Shown: piece after piece, positions 7,604 to 16,924 of the stretch | Position numbering within the stretch: the stretch's first letter is position 1 | Layout: each line of letters opens with the position of its first letter | Position numbers and translations under genes: made by a program | Source: an uncultured Clostridia bacterium | GTDB lineage: Bacteria; Bacillota; Clostridia; Christensenellales; Aristaeellaceae | NCBI GenBank assembly: GCA_937907055.1 | Contig: CALCTW010000094.1 | Location: 7,638-39,637 of the forward strand | Length of the DNA: 32,000 nucleotides | Direction of reading: 5' to 3' | Notes under the pieces: model-generated | What the model was told of the DNA's origin: nothing | Seen by the model: only the letters and a program-made list of their open reading frames with translations | Database searches by the model: none

Positions 7604-7666
7604 ACAGGATGGTAGAATATCGCAAGGTATGTCTATCCGTAAATCAAATGAGAACCGGAGCAAACA

Positions 7667-9475
7667 ATGACTGAAGATCGCAGCCTGATCCGTAATTTCT
7701 GTATCATCGCGCATATCGACCATGGCAAGTCCACGCTGGCGGATCGTATCCTTGAAAAGACCGGCGTATTTGAGCAGCGCCAGATGGTGGAGCAGATCCT
7801 GGACAGCATGGAGCTGGAACGGGAACGCGGGATCACCATCAAGAGCAAGGCTGTCCGTATGCGTTATAAGGCGAAGGATGGACAGGTCTATACCCTGAAC
7901 CTGATCGACACGCCGGGTCATGTGGACTTTTCCTATGAAGTCAGCCGCGCGCTGGCGGCCTGTGAGGGCGCGGTCCTGGTGGTGGATGCCACACAGGGCG
8001 TGGAAGCACAGACACTGGCGAATGTCTATATGGCGCTGGAGCATGATCTGGAGATCGTGCCTGTGATCAATAAGATCGACCTTCCCAGCGCGCAGCCGGA
8101 AGAGACCAAGCAGGAGATCGAGGAAGAGATCGGTCTGGACGCGCAGGAAGCGCCGCTTATCAGCGCGAAAATGGGCATCGGCATCGAGGATGTGCTGGAA
8201 GCCGTGGTCAAAACGGTCCCCCCGCCGGACGGCGATGAGAATAAGCCCCTGAAGGCGCTGGTGTTTGACGCGGTCTATGATAATTACCGTGGCGCCATTT
8301 GCTTTGTGAGGATCATGGAAGGCAGCATCCGTCCGGGCATCCGGATGCGCATGATGCAGACCGGCGCGGAATTTGATGTTGTGGAAGTAGGCACCTTCGC
8401 GCCCAACTATTGCCCCGGTACGGAACTGAAGGCCGGTGAGGTAGGCTATGTGGCGGCTTCCATCAAGGAATTGCGGGATACCCGTGTGGGCGATACCATC
8501 ACGGACGCCGCCAATCCCGCGGACGCGCCGCTGCCCGGCTATAAAGAGGTGCAGAGCGTGGTCTTCTGCGGTATCTATCCGGAGGACGGCGCGGATTATG
8601 ATAACCTGAAGGACGCGCTGGAAAAGCTGCGGATGAATGACGCTTCTCTGTCCTTCGAGCCGGAGACCAGCGTGGCGCTGGGCTATGGATTCCGCTGCGG
8701 CTTCCTGGGGCTGCTTCATATGGAGATCATTCAGGAACGCATCGAGCGCGAGTTTGATCTGGGCATCGTGACGACCGCTCCCAGCGTTATTTACGAGGTG
8801 GAGAAGACCGACGGTACGGTCCTCAAGATCGACAACCCCACCAATCTGCCGCAGGTGACCGAGATCGCCGGCATGAAGGAGCCTTACTGCCGTGTGACCA
8901 TCTATACGCCCAAGGAATACGTGGGCACGCTGATGGATCTGTGCCAGGACAAGCGCGGCACCTTCATCGATATGCAGTATGAGGGGCAGCGCGTAAAGCT
9001 TCTGTATGATGCGCCGCTGAATGAACTGATCTTTGACTTTTTCGATCAGCTGAAGAGCCGCAGCCGCGGTTACGCCAGCTATGATTATGAGATCACGGGG
9101 TATCAGTCCAGCGAACTGGTGAAGATGGATATCCTGCTCAACGGCGATATCTGCGACGCTTTCACCATGATCGTGCATAAGGACAAGGCTTACGGACGCG
9201 GCCGCGTCATTGCCGAAAAACTGAAGGATGTCATTCCGCGTCAGCAGTTTGAGATCCCCATTCAGGCGGCGATCGGCGGCAAGATCATTGCCCGTGAGAC
9301 GGTCAAGGCCATGCGCAAGGATGTTCTGGCCAAGTGCTACGGCGGTGATATCACCCGTAAGAAGAAGCTGCTTGAAAAGCAGAAGGAAGGCAAAAAGCGC
9401 ATGAGGCAGTTTGGTACGGTGGAGCTGCCGGGCGAGGCTTTCATGGCTGTGCTCAAGATGGGCGACGACAAGTAA
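7667..9475 (+). CDS. lepA: Elongation factor 4 (translational GTPase LepA)
   Basis: 602 aa with [18 protein letters not shown] (G1), DTPGHVDF (G3), NKIDL (G4), and the LepA-specific C-terminal [16 protein letters not shown] region. Confidence 0.97.
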   Translation: MTEDRSLIRNFCIIAHIDHGKSTLADRILEKTGVFEQRQMVEQILDSMELERERGITIKSKAVRMRYKAKDGQVYTLNLIDTPGHVDFSYEVSRALAACEGAVLVVDATQGVEAQTLANVYMALEHDLEIVPVINKIDLPSAQPEETKQEIEEEIGLDAQEAPLISAKMGIGIEDVLEAVVKTVPPPDGDENKPLKALVFDAVYDNYRGAICFVRIMEGSIRPGIRMRMMQTGAEFDVVEVGTFAPNYCPGTELKAGEVGYVAASIKELRDTRVGDTITDAANPADAPLPGYKEVQSVVFCGIYPEDGADYDNLKDALEKLRMNDASLSFEPETSVALGYGFRCGFLGLLHMEIIQERIEREFDLGIVTTAPSVIYEVEKTDGTVLKIDNPTNLPQVTEIAGMKEPYCRVTIYTPKEYVGTLMDLCQDKRGTFIDMQYEGQRVKLLYDAPLNELIFDFFDQLKSRSRGYASYDYEITGYQSSELVKMDILLNGDICDAFTMIVHKDKAYGRGRVIAEKLKDVIPRQQFEIPIQAAIGGKIIARETVKAMRKDVLAKCYGGDITRKKKLLEKQKEGKKRMRQFGTVELPGEAFMAVLKMGDDK

Positions 9476-9491
9476 TGTTCCACGTGGAACG
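9476..9491. promoter_or_regulatory. parS-like site (copy 3)
   Basis: TGTTCCACGTGGAACG lies immediately after the lepA stop codon. It matches the two upstream copies at 15/16 positions. Confidence 0.65.
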
Positions 9492-9573
9492 ATGGGCGGA
9501 AATGAACGCTGCCCTTTCCTGTGATGAAATGGAGACCGGCTGTCCGCAAACAGCGGTTTCCGGGAGATAAATC

Positions 9574-10308
9574 ATGAATGTGATTGATATCGGGATCCTT
9601 GTGGTGCTGGCGATCAGCGTGATCTACGGCGCTTACCGGGGTTTTCTGGGCAGTGTGCTGTCACTGGGCGGCTTTTTGCTGAGCGTGGTGCTGGCGCTGT
9701 CCTTCGGGCCTGTTCTCTCTGACGCGCTGATGCAGAATGAAGGGATTCACGAAACACTGGTCGGTTATACCGAGTTCAGCATGAAGAGCGGTTCCGTGAA
9801 TGACATCTCCGCGAACGAGATCAACAGCGGAAACGGAGAATGGGAGATCTGGGTGGATAACACCCTCGCGCGCATCGGGATGCCGCAGAGCATTTCCGGA
9901 TTTGTGCGCAAATGTCTGGTGGATGGGAACAAATTCGTGACCAATGCTGTCCAGACCGGCAAGGAAAGGATCCAGAACACGATGGCAGGGATCATCCTCA
10001 GGATCCTCTGTTATCTGCTGATGTTCTTTATTTTCTCCCTGATTTTCGGTGTCATCAACGCGCTGATCCGACATGTATTCAAGCTGCCCATTTTAAAGCA
10101 GCTGGACTGGCTGGCCGGTTGCGGTCTCGGTCTGCTGCGGGGCTGCATCCTGCTTTACGCGATCTTCCTGCTTGAGCCCATCATCACCTCCCTGGCCCCG
10201 ATCGACGGGCTGAGCGTGGTTCTGCGTGAAAGCTCGCTGGCAGGGATCTTCACTTCCGGCGGTTTCTTCATTACCGCCGTCAACGGGATCTTCGGAGGCA
10301 TGAGCTGA
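9574..10308 (+). CDS. cvpA: CvpA-family integral membrane protein
   Basis: 244 aa. The N-terminus MNVIDIGILVVLAISVIYGAYRGFLGSVLSLGGFLLSVVLA is typical of the colicin V production protein family. Several predicted TM helices are present. Confidence 0.75.
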   Translation: MNVIDIGILVVLAISVIYGAYRGFLGSVLSLGGFLLSVVLALSFGPVLSDALMQNEGIHETLVGYTEFSMKSGSVNDISANEINSGNGEWEIWVDNTLARIGMPQSISGFVRKCLVDGNKFVTNAVQTGKERIQNTMAGIILRILCYLLMFFIFSLIFGVINALIRHVFKLPILKQLDWLAGCGLGLLRGCILLYAIFLLEPIITSLAPIDGLSVVLRESSLAGIFTSGGFFITAVNGIFGGMS

Positions 10309-11903
10309 TGCTGAGGATCGGAGGGATCCGGACAAAACTGAATGCCGGAGAAAAGGAACTGATCGAAGCCGCGGCGAAGAAACTGAAGATCAGACCGGAA
10401 GAGATCAGAAAGCTGCGTGTCAGTAAAAAAAGCGTGGATGCCCGGGATAAGGGCGATGTGTGCTTTGTGTGGTCTGTGGATGTGCAGACTGTTCAGGAAG
10501 AGGGCAAACTGCTGAAAAAGCTGCCGCAGGGCATCGCGAAGCAGGTGGAGCCCTCCGTTCCTCTGCGTCCGCGCGCGGTCCGGCAGCGCGCGCTGCCGCC
10601 TGTTGTGGCAGGCCTTGGGCCGGGCGGTCTGTTCGCCGCGCTTTATCTGGCAAGAGCGGGCCTTTGCCCCATCGTGCTGGAACGCGGTGAACGTGTGGAG
10701 GACCGTAAAAAGAAGACACAGATCTTCATGACGGACGGGACGCTGGACCCGGAGAGCAATATCCAGTTCGGAGAGGGCGGCGCCGGCGCGTTCTCGGACG
10801 GAAAACTGACGACCGGCATCAAGGACAAGCGCTGTGAACAGGTGCTGATGACGCTGGTCGAGCACGGAGCGCCGGAGGAGATCCTGTATCTGGCCCGGCC
10901 GCATATCGGTACGGACCGGCTTCCCGGGGTGGTCTCCTCCATCCGCAGGGAGATCGAGGCCCTTGGCGGTACCGTGCATTTCGGCGCGAAGCTGAATCGT
11001 GTGCACACGGATAAGGGCGCGCTGACCGGGATCACCTACCGGCAGAAAGGTGAAGAACATGAGATCCGGTGCGATCAATTGCTGATCGCGGTGGGTCACA
11101 GCGCCTCGGATACCCAGCAGATGCTGTATCAGGCCGGGGTCAATATGATCCAGAAGCCCTTTTCCGTGGGCGCCAGGATCGAGCATCCGCAGAGCCTGAT
11201 CGACCGCGCGCAGTACGGCCGTTTCGCCGGAGATCCGCATCTGGGCGCGGCGGAATATCATCTGAGCTGTCATCTGAAGGACGGGCGCGGCGCGTACACC
11301 TTCTGTATGTGTCCGGGCGGCACGGTGGTGCCCGGCGCCAGCCGTGAGGGCGGCGTATGCACCAATGGCATGAGCGTATTCGCGAGAGACGGACAGAACG
11401 CCAACGCGGCCCTGCTGGTGGATGTGCGGACAGAGGATTTTCCGGATGACCACCCCCTGTCCGGCTATATCCTGCAGCGGGAGTGGGAGCAGAAAGCGTT
11501 CCGCGCGGGCGGCGGGGATTATAAAGCCCCCGTGCAGCGGGTGGAAGACCTGCTCAAGAGCAGAGAAACGACCCGGCTGGGCGATGTGACACCCACCTAC
11601 CGTCCCGGTGTGACCTGCGCTGATCTGCGCGGCGTGCTGCCGGATTTCGCGGTGGAAAATATGAAGCAGGCGATCGGGATCTTTGACCGCCAGCTGAAAG
11701 GCTTTGCGCATCCGGACGCGGTGCTGACCGCGGTTGAGAGCCGCTCCTCCTGCCCTGTGCGTGTGCCCCGGGATGAACGGGGAGAAAGCAATATCCGCGG
11801 GATCTATCCCTGCGGAGAAGGCGCGGGCTACGCCGGCGGGATCATGAGCGCCGCGGCGGACGGTCTGCGTCAGGCAGAAAACATGATCGCCGGGATGGAA
11901 TGA
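10308..11903 (+). CDS. FAD-dependent oxidoreductase of the COG2509 type
   Basis: 531 aa with a dinucleotide-binding GLGPGGLFAALYLARAG motif, the family's typical N-terminal domain (KKSVDARDK) and a C-terminal GEGAGYAGGIMSAAADG. The start ATG overlaps the cvpA TGA by 1 nt. Confidence 0.8.
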   Translation: MLRIGGIRTKLNAGEKELIEAAAKKLKIRPEEIRKLRVSKKSVDARDKGDVCFVWSVDVQTVQEEGKLLKKLPQGIAKQVEPSVPLRPRAVRQRALPPVVAGLGPGGLFAALYLARAGLCPIVLERGERVEDRKKKTQIFMTDGTLDPESNIQFGEGGAGAFSDGKLTTGIKDKRCEQVLMTLVEHGAPEEILYLARPHIGTDRLPGVVSSIRREIEALGGTVHFGAKLNRVHTDKGALTGITYRQKGEEHEIRCDQLLIAVGHSASDTQQMLYQAGVNMIQKPFSVGARIEHPQSLIDRAQYGRFAGDPHLGAAEYHLSCHLKDGRGAYTFCMCPGGTVVPGASREGGVCTNGMSVFARDGQNANAALLVDVRTEDFPDDHPLSGYILQREWEQKAFRAGGGDYKAPVQRVEDLLKSRETTRLGDVTPTYRPGVTCADLRGVLPDFAVENMKQAIGIFDRQLKGFAHPDAVLTAVESRSSCPVRVPRDERGESNIRGIYPCGEGAGYAGGIMSAAADGLRQAENMIAGME

Positions 11904-11910
11904 CCGGCAA

Positions 11911-13485
11911 ATGAAAACGCGGCCTGTGATGAGGCCGGAAATTGAGGCAGAGAAGGAAATGCAGCCCCCTTTTGATCAATATGATCCCAGACAGAATCAG
12001 CCGGCTGAGCCGCAGGGACAGACATCCTGGCAGCCTTATCCGCAGGGATACCGGGATTATCAGGGTTATCAGGCGCAGTCCGGGGAGCCGTATCCGCCGT
12101 TTATGAATAACGGTCCGGCCGTCCCCCCGACCATCCCCCCGGCAGTCAATCTGGGAAACAACGGCTATACGCCTGAACCGGAGAAGCCGGAGGCGGAGCA
12201 GCCGCGTGTGCAGACCATCCATCAGCGTGTGGATGATATGACCTTCGCGCCCCCGTCGACCGAGGTGGAAACACAGCGCCGTTCCTTAAGGCCGGGCAGC
12301 GTGATCCTGATGATCCTGCTCGCGGTGCTGCTGGTCGTGCTGTTTATCAGTCTGTTCGGAAGCAGCTGTTCCGGCGCGAATTACGGCTATATCACGCAGA
12401 GCGAGCTGACTCAGCACAGCGGTGACGCGATCATTGTGCGCAACGAAATGGTCTATACCCAGAACGGCATGACCATGATCGAGTATGCTGTGGAGGAAGG
12501 TCAGGAGGTCGAGCGCGGAAAACAGGTGTGTACGGTGTACACGAGCGGTTTTTCCACATCAGAGCTGACCAAGCTGGAGAACTACCGTACGCAGATCAAG
12601 AACTATCATAAGCAGCTGCTCGCCAATGAAACCACCGCGGACGCCAAGCTGAACAGCCTGGAAAGCGTCATTCTGGCCCGCGCGGTGGAAATGCAGGCGC
12701 TGGTGCAGGGCGCGCGGGGCAATATGATCAATCAGGAAGCCCTGCTGAAGGAAGCCATGCAGAACCGTCAGGCTTATCTGAAGCTGAAATATCCCGATGA
12801 TCAGAAGCTGACCCGTTATTATGAGGATGAAAATACGCAGGCGCAGCGGATCAGTAGCTGGACAAAGCAGTTCAGCGCGCAGCGCGCCGGTCTGGTAAGC
12901 TTCTACACCGACGGCTATGAGACCGCGCTCAACATGAATACCTGGCTGGACTATGATCCCCAGCAGGTGCGTTCCATGCTGAGAAAGGCGCCGGAGGATC
13001 CCAACCGCGCCCGCAATGCGGTGGATATCTACCGCCTGGTGGGGACAGACAGCTGGAGCGTGCTGATGCTGGCGGATGAGAAGGACTGGACCCCTATGGA
13101 GGGGCAGATCTATCAGCTGGTGATCGAAAGCTTTGATAACATGGTGGTACAGGCCAAGGTGGTCTCGTTCATCCTTTCCGGCGGTGAAATGCTGGTGAGG
13201 CTGTCCATCCTGAACCCCGAATCCAGTATCGAAAACGCCCTTTATATCCGCGAATGCCGGGTATCTCTGGGCGAGACCAGCGCGAACAGCCTTTGTGTGC
13301 CGGACAGCGCTGTGATGCAGGAAAACGGCATCAATTATGTGGCCATCTGGTATGAGGACTGGAACAGCTGGGCGCGCGTGGAGGTCAATATCCTGGGTGA
13401 AAACAAGCAGGATAAGACACTTACGATCACGCCGAGAAACCCGGGACAATTGTCCGTGGGTATGCGTGTGAAGCTGGACTGGTAA
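11911..13485 (+). CDS. Membrane-anchored HlyD-like (membrane-fusion/adaptor-like) protein with Q/P/Y-rich N-terminal tail
   Basis: 524 aa. The N-terminal ~100 aa are a low-complexity Q/P/Y region, followed by one TM helix (VILMILLAVLLVVLFISLF). A lipoyl-like segment (IVRNEMVY...EGQEVERGKQVCTVY) and a coiled-coil stretch then follow. The exact start is uncertain because the RBS is weak. Confidence 0.6.
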   Translation: MKTRPVMRPEIEAEKEMQPPFDQYDPRQNQPAEPQGQTSWQPYPQGYRDYQGYQAQSGEPYPPFMNNGPAVPPTIPPAVNLGNNGYTPEPEKPEAEQPRVQTIHQRVDDMTFAPPSTEVETQRRSLRPGSVILMILLAVLLVVLFISLFGSSCSGANYGYITQSELTQHSGDAIIVRNEMVYTQNGMTMIEYAVEEGQEVERGKQVCTVYTSGFSTSELTKLENYRTQIKNYHKQLLANETTADAKLNSLESVILARAVEMQALVQGARGNMINQEALLKEAMQNRQAYLKLKYPDDQKLTRYYEDENTQAQRISSWTKQFSAQRAGLVSFYTDGYETALNMNTWLDYDPQQVRSMLRKAPEDPNRARNAVDIYRLVGTDSWSVLMLADEKDWTPMEGQIYQLVIESFDNMVVQAKVVSFILSGGEMLVRLSILNPESSIENALYIRECRVSLGETSANSLCVPDSAVMQENGINYVAIWYEDWNSWARVEVNILGENKQDKTLTITPRNPGQLSVGMRVKLDW

Positions 13486-13545
13486 CGAACGCTGATCAGA
13501 CAGCCTGCCCGGTGACCGCCGGGCGGGGAAGCTTTGGAGGCAGCT

Positions 13546-14214
13546 ATGCTTTCTGAAAGAGTGGAACAGGTACGCAGGGAACTGGAGACCGCGTCCGCGC
13601 CCTGGGGCCGCGCGCCCCGGCTGATCGCGGTGACAAAGACGGTGGGTCCGGAAATGATCCTGCCGCTGCGCGAGCTTGGGGTGCGCGAGATTGCGGAAAA
13701 CCGCGTGCAGGTACTGCGCGAAAAGCTGCCGGCGCTGCAGGGGGCATTCGATATCCACCTGATCGGCCGGCTGCAGAGAAATAAAGTCAAGTACATCATT
13801 CAGGATGTGTGCATGATCCATTCGGCGGATAATCTGCCGCTGATCGAGGAGATCGACCGCCGCGCGCAGGAGCATCATCGGGTGATGCCCATTCTGCTGC
13901 AGGTGAATATCGCCGGAGAAGCGCAAAAGGGCGGTGTGGCGCCGGAAGAGGTACTGCCGCTGATGAAAGCCGCGGCGCTGCTGCCGGGTGTGCTGGTCAA
14001 GGGTCTGATGACCATGATGCCGGCAGACGCCGAAGAGGAGCAGCTGCGGGGCTGGTTTACCGGCATGCGCCTTTTGCGGGACCGGATGCGTGATGAGGCC
14101 GTCGCGCATACAGAATGTGAAGAGTTATCGATGGGCATGAGCCGGGATTACAGGATCGCGGCGGAATGCGGCGCCACCATGGTGCGCGTCGGAAGTGCCC
14201 TTTTCAGGGAATAA
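13546..14214 (+). CDS. yggS: YggS/YlmE-family pyridoxal-phosphate homeostasis protein
   Basis: The sequence starts MLSERVEQVRRELE. LIAVTKTV (PLP lysine), HLIGRLQRNKVKY and MGMSRDYRIAAECGATMVRVGSALF are family hallmarks. I moved the start to ATG 13546, 5 nt after GGAGG. Confidence 0.85.
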   Translation: MLSERVEQVRRELETASAPWGRAPRLIAVTKTVGPEMILPLRELGVREIAENRVQVLREKLPALQGAFDIHLIGRLQRNKVKYIIQDVCMIHSADNLPLIEEIDRRAQEHHRVMPILLQVNIAGEAQKGGVAPEEVLPLMKAAALLPGVLVKGLMTMMPADAEEEQLRGWFTGMRLLRDRMRDEAVAHTECEELSMGMSRDYRIAAECGATMVRVGSALFRE

Positions 14215-14225
14215 CGGAGGTTTTT

Positions 14226-15230
14226 ATGGCGATCAAGGATACATTTGATAAAGTGAAGAAGAGTGTGGATCGCTTCCTGTTCAAGGATCCCCATGAGCAG
14301 GGCGGACGTGTTCCGGCAGGCGGAAATCAGCAGCCTCAGCAGGAGGCCTACGCGCCGGATCCGTACACACAGGGCCCGTATGTGCCGCAGGGGCAGTTCA
14401 TTCCCCAGCCGCAGTATACGCAGCCGCAGTACACACAGCAGGCCCAATACGCGCAGCAGACACAGTATTCGCAGCCGCAGTACGCGCAGAACCCGTATAC
14501 CGCGCAGCCGATGAAGACGGACGCGAACGGCAGCGTGCCGATGCCGAATGCCGCTGCCGGCGCGGAGATCGCGGCAGAGCCTGACAGGGCCGCCGGGATT
14601 AAGCCGCAGAATACGGATCAGGCGATGTATGTCCTCAGCGCGCGCTCCATCCGTGACTGCCATAACGCGATCTCCATCCTGCGTACCGGCGCGATCGTGC
14701 TGCTGGTGATGGAGGGTGTCACGGATACGGGCGATATGCGCCGTTTTGTGGACACCCTGTCCGGCGCGTGCTTCTCCCTGAGCGCCACCATCAGCAAGGT
14801 GAGCCATCACGGCAGTTATCTGCTTGTGCCCAAGAATGTTTCTCTGATGCTGGATCAGGTGGTCAATCAGATGAACATCTCCCCCAGGGCGCGGATGCGT
14901 CAGCAGATGCAGTCCCAGCCCTACGGCGCGCCGCAGCAGAGCCCCTATCAGAACAATCCTTATCCGCCGCAGCAGTCGCCTTATATGAACGGCGCGGCTT
15001 ATCAGCAGAATGCCTATCAGCCGCAGCAGACACAGACCGCGGTCCCGCCGGCCTATGATCCGCAGACGGCCTTCGCGCAGGGCGGCTATGATCCCCGTAT
15101 GCAGGGCAATATGGAAACCGGCGCGCAGCAGCCGGGCCCCATGGTGGAGCGTGTCCCTGTCCGTCCGTCCGCCATGCCGGTATTTGAACGTCAGTACGGC
15201 ACCGGATATGTACCGGAAACAGAAGAGTAA
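14226..15230 (+). CDS. sepF: Cell division protein SepF, unusually long (334 aa) with Q/P/Y-rich linker and C-terminal extension
   Basis: It starts at ATG 14226, after GGAGG. The N-terminal amphipathic MAIKDTFDKVKKSVDRFLF is followed by a core resembling the SepF domain (VLSARSIRDCHNAISILRTGAIVLLVMEGV...RRFVDTLSGACFSLSATISKVSHHGSYLLVP). It sits in the yggS-sepF-divIVA context. Confidence 0.75.
   Translation: MAIKDTFDKVKKSVDRFLFKDPHEQGGRVPAGGNQQPQQEAYAPDPYTQGPYVPQGQFIPQPQYTQPQYTQQAQYAQQTQYSQPQYAQNPYTAQPMKTDANGSVPMPNAAAGAEIAAEPDRAAGIKPQNTDQAMYVLSARSIRDCHNAISILRTGAIVLLVMEGVTDTGDMRRFVDTLSGACFSLSATISKVSHHGSYLLVPKNVSLMLDQVVNQMNISPRARMRQQMQSQPYGAPQQSPYQNNPYPPQQSPYMNGAAYQQNAYQPQQTQTAVPPAYDPQTAFAQGGYDPRMQGNMETGAQQPGPMVERVPVRPSAMPVFERQYGTGYVPETEE
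14406..14510 (+). repeat. In-frame tandem 15/18-nt repeat encoding (Q-P/Q-x-Q-Y-x) units inside sepF
   Basis: Reads QPQYT QPQYT QQAQYA QQTQYS QPQYA QNPYTA QP. At the DNA level it is repeated CAGCCGCAGTAYRCN-like units. Confidence 0.7.
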
Positions 15231-15282
15231 ACCGTGATCATTGACCCCGAACGATCTACATATGGAATGGGAGGAAATCAAG

Positions 15283-16005
15283 ATGCCATCGCTCAGTACA
15301 GAGGCCTATGAAAAAACATTCAGCAGGACCGCGCTCGGATACAACATCAAGGAAGTGGAAGCCTTCCTGAACTATGTGATCGATGAAGCCAGCAAGCTGG
15401 AAAAGCAGAATTATCAGCTGGCCATGCAGGTCCGGGACTATGAAAGACGCCTTTCCTATCCCGCGGGTCAGGAGGCTGTACCGGTCCCCATGCCCAAGCC
15501 TGTGGTGCAGCCCGCGCAGCAGCCCGTGTCCCAGCCGGTCCAGAGCATTCCCAAGCCCGCTTCTCAGCCTGCTTCCGCGGACGCGCCGGGCATGACGCCT
15601 GTGGCCGCGCAGCCTGCCGGCACCCGTGAGTTCAAGCCCGCGGAATTCAAGCCTGCCACCTTTACCCCGGCCCCCATCCCCGTCCCGGCTGCTGTGGAAG
15701 CGCAGCCCGTGAAGGCGGCTGAAAAGACCGATGACGGCAGCGCGAACGCGACGGCCCTGCTTGCCCGCGCGCAGAAGATGTACGATGAGATGCTGGCTGA
15801 CGCGAAGAAAGATGCTGATAAGCTGATCCGGGAAGCCAAGGAGCAGGTGGAGGCGCAGACGGAAAAGATGCTGCGCGATAAACAGGAAGTGGAAGAAGAG
15901 ATCGAGATGCTCAAGGCGAGCGCGCGCGATTATAAGCGCCGTTTCACCCAGCTGATTGAGGATCAGGAGCATCTGCTCAACAGCGAAAAAGTCCTTTTTG
16001 ACTGA
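15283..16005 (+). CDS. divIVA: DivIVA-domain protein with P/A/Q-rich central linker
   Basis: It starts at ATG 15283, after GGGAGG. FSRTALGYNIKEVEAFLNYVIDEASKLEKQNYQL is the DivIVA N-terminal domain and the C-terminus is coiled coil. The track ORF begins earlier, at TTG 15241. Confidence 0.8.
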   Translation: MPSLSTEAYEKTFSRTALGYNIKEVEAFLNYVIDEASKLEKQNYQLAMQVRDYERRLSYPAGQEAVPVPMPKPVVQPAQQPVSQPVQSIPKPASQPASADAPGMTPVAAQPAGTREFKPAEFKPATFTPAPIPVPAAVEAQPVKAAEKTDDGSANATALLARAQKMYDEMLADAKKDADKLIREAKEQVEAQTEKMLRDKQEVEEEIEMLKASARDYKRRFTQLIEDQEHLLNSEKVLFD

Positions 16006-16033
16006 TCCTTTTCAGTCATACATGGATCGCGAC

Positions 16034-16061
16034 GGACGCCTTCTTGCAGGGCGTCCTTTTA
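16034..16061 (+). terminator. Rho-independent terminator after divIVA
   Basis: Stem GGACGCC (16034-16040) pairs with GGCGTCC (16050-16056), followed by TTTTAT. Confidence 0.6.
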
Positions 16062-16095
16062 TCAGAACGGGATCCGTCTCAAAGCGAGGAGTTTT

Positions 16096-16848
16096 ATGCG
16101 GGTATTGATCGATATCACCTATCAGGGAACAGCCTACGCCGGATGGCAGCGGCAGAAGAACGGCCCGTCCGTTCAGGAGGAGATCGAGAAAGCGATCGAA
16201 CTGGGGATGGGACAGAAGATCGGCATTACAGGCGCGAGCCGTACGGATGCCGGTGTTCACGCCCTGTGTCAGCGCGCGCATTTTGATATCGAGACAAGCA
16301 TTCCCCCGGAGAAGTTCCCCTTTGTGCTCAATCGCTATCTGCCCCGGGATATCCGTGTGCTGAAGGCCCGCCGGGTGGCGGATGATTTTCATGCCCGCTT
16401 CATGACGCAGGGCAAGCAGTACTGCTATCGTATCTTCAATGCCCGTCAGGGCACGGCGCTGCTGCGGGATTTCACTTATCACATCCCGGTGGAGCTGGAT
16501 ACGCCTGCCATGGAACGCGCGGCGCGGTATCTGGTGGGCACGCATGATTTCAAGGCCTTCGCCGCGACCGGCGGCAGCGCCAAGACCACCGTGCGCACGA
16601 TCAGCCGTGTGGAACTGACCCGTGAGGCGGAGGTGATCACCTTCCGCGTGTGGGGAAACGCCTTCCTGTACAACATGGTACGCATCATCGCGGGCACACT
16701 GGTGTATGTGGGATTGCATAAACTGCCGGAGGATGTGATCGCGCAGGTATTGAGCGGCGGCAGACGGGTGGATCTGGGCATCACGGCCCCGCCGCAGGGG
16801 CTGATCCTTGAAAAGGTCTTCTATGACGAAAAGGACGTTCCGGACTGA
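16096..16848 (+). CDS. truA: tRNA pseudouridine(38-40) synthase
   Basis: 250 aa with YQGTAYAGWQRQ, the catalytic GASRTDAGVHA motif, HDFKAF and FLYNMVRIIAGTL. Confidence 0.93.
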   Translation: MRVLIDITYQGTAYAGWQRQKNGPSVQEEIEKAIELGMGQKIGITGASRTDAGVHALCQRAHFDIETSIPPEKFPFVLNRYLPRDIRVLKARRVADDFHARFMTQGKQYCYRIFNARQGTALLRDFTYHIPVELDTPAMERAARYLVGTHDFKAFAATGGSAKTTVRTISRVELTREAEVITFRVWGNAFLYNMVRIIAGTLVYVGLHKLPEDVIAQVLSGGRRVDLGITAPPQGLILEKVFYDEKDVPD

Positions 16849-16891
16849 AAAAAGCCCTGAAAGACCCGCGGAAAAGAAGGCGCGCGGAGGG

Positions 16892-16920
16892 TTGACATCC
16901 TTCCGTCTTTCCGTTATACT
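16892..16920 (+). promoter_or_regulatory. Sigma-A promoter of the alaS T-box leader
   Basis: TTGACA (16892-16897), a 17-nt spacer, then TATACT (16915-16920). Confidence 0.6.
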
Positions 16921-16924
16921 TTGC

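Noticed and set aside
7562-9178. 538-aa minus-strand ORF
   Set aside because: It is antisense to lepA, whose GTPase motifs are unambiguous. The sequence is R/H/L/D-rich nonsense typical of GC-rich antisense frames.
10155-15281. Long minus-strand ORFs 10155-11711, 12559-14109 and 14148-15281, plus several nested 60-150 aa ORFs
   Set aside because: All are antisense to, or out of frame with, plus-strand genes that have recognisable families (COG2509 FAD protein, HlyD-like, YggS, SepF). They show R/H/G/L-rich composition and no RBS. They are GC-driven open frames.
15241-15282. TTG start at 15241 for divIVA, and the analogous upstream extensions for rpsQ (25823), rpmD (29612), alaS (17189), yggS (13534), sepF (14166) and the 6927 gene (7574)
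   Set aside because: In each case a downstream ATG with a well-spaced GGAGG-type RBS gives the conserved N-terminus. The extensions overlap upstream genes, terminators or leader RNA.
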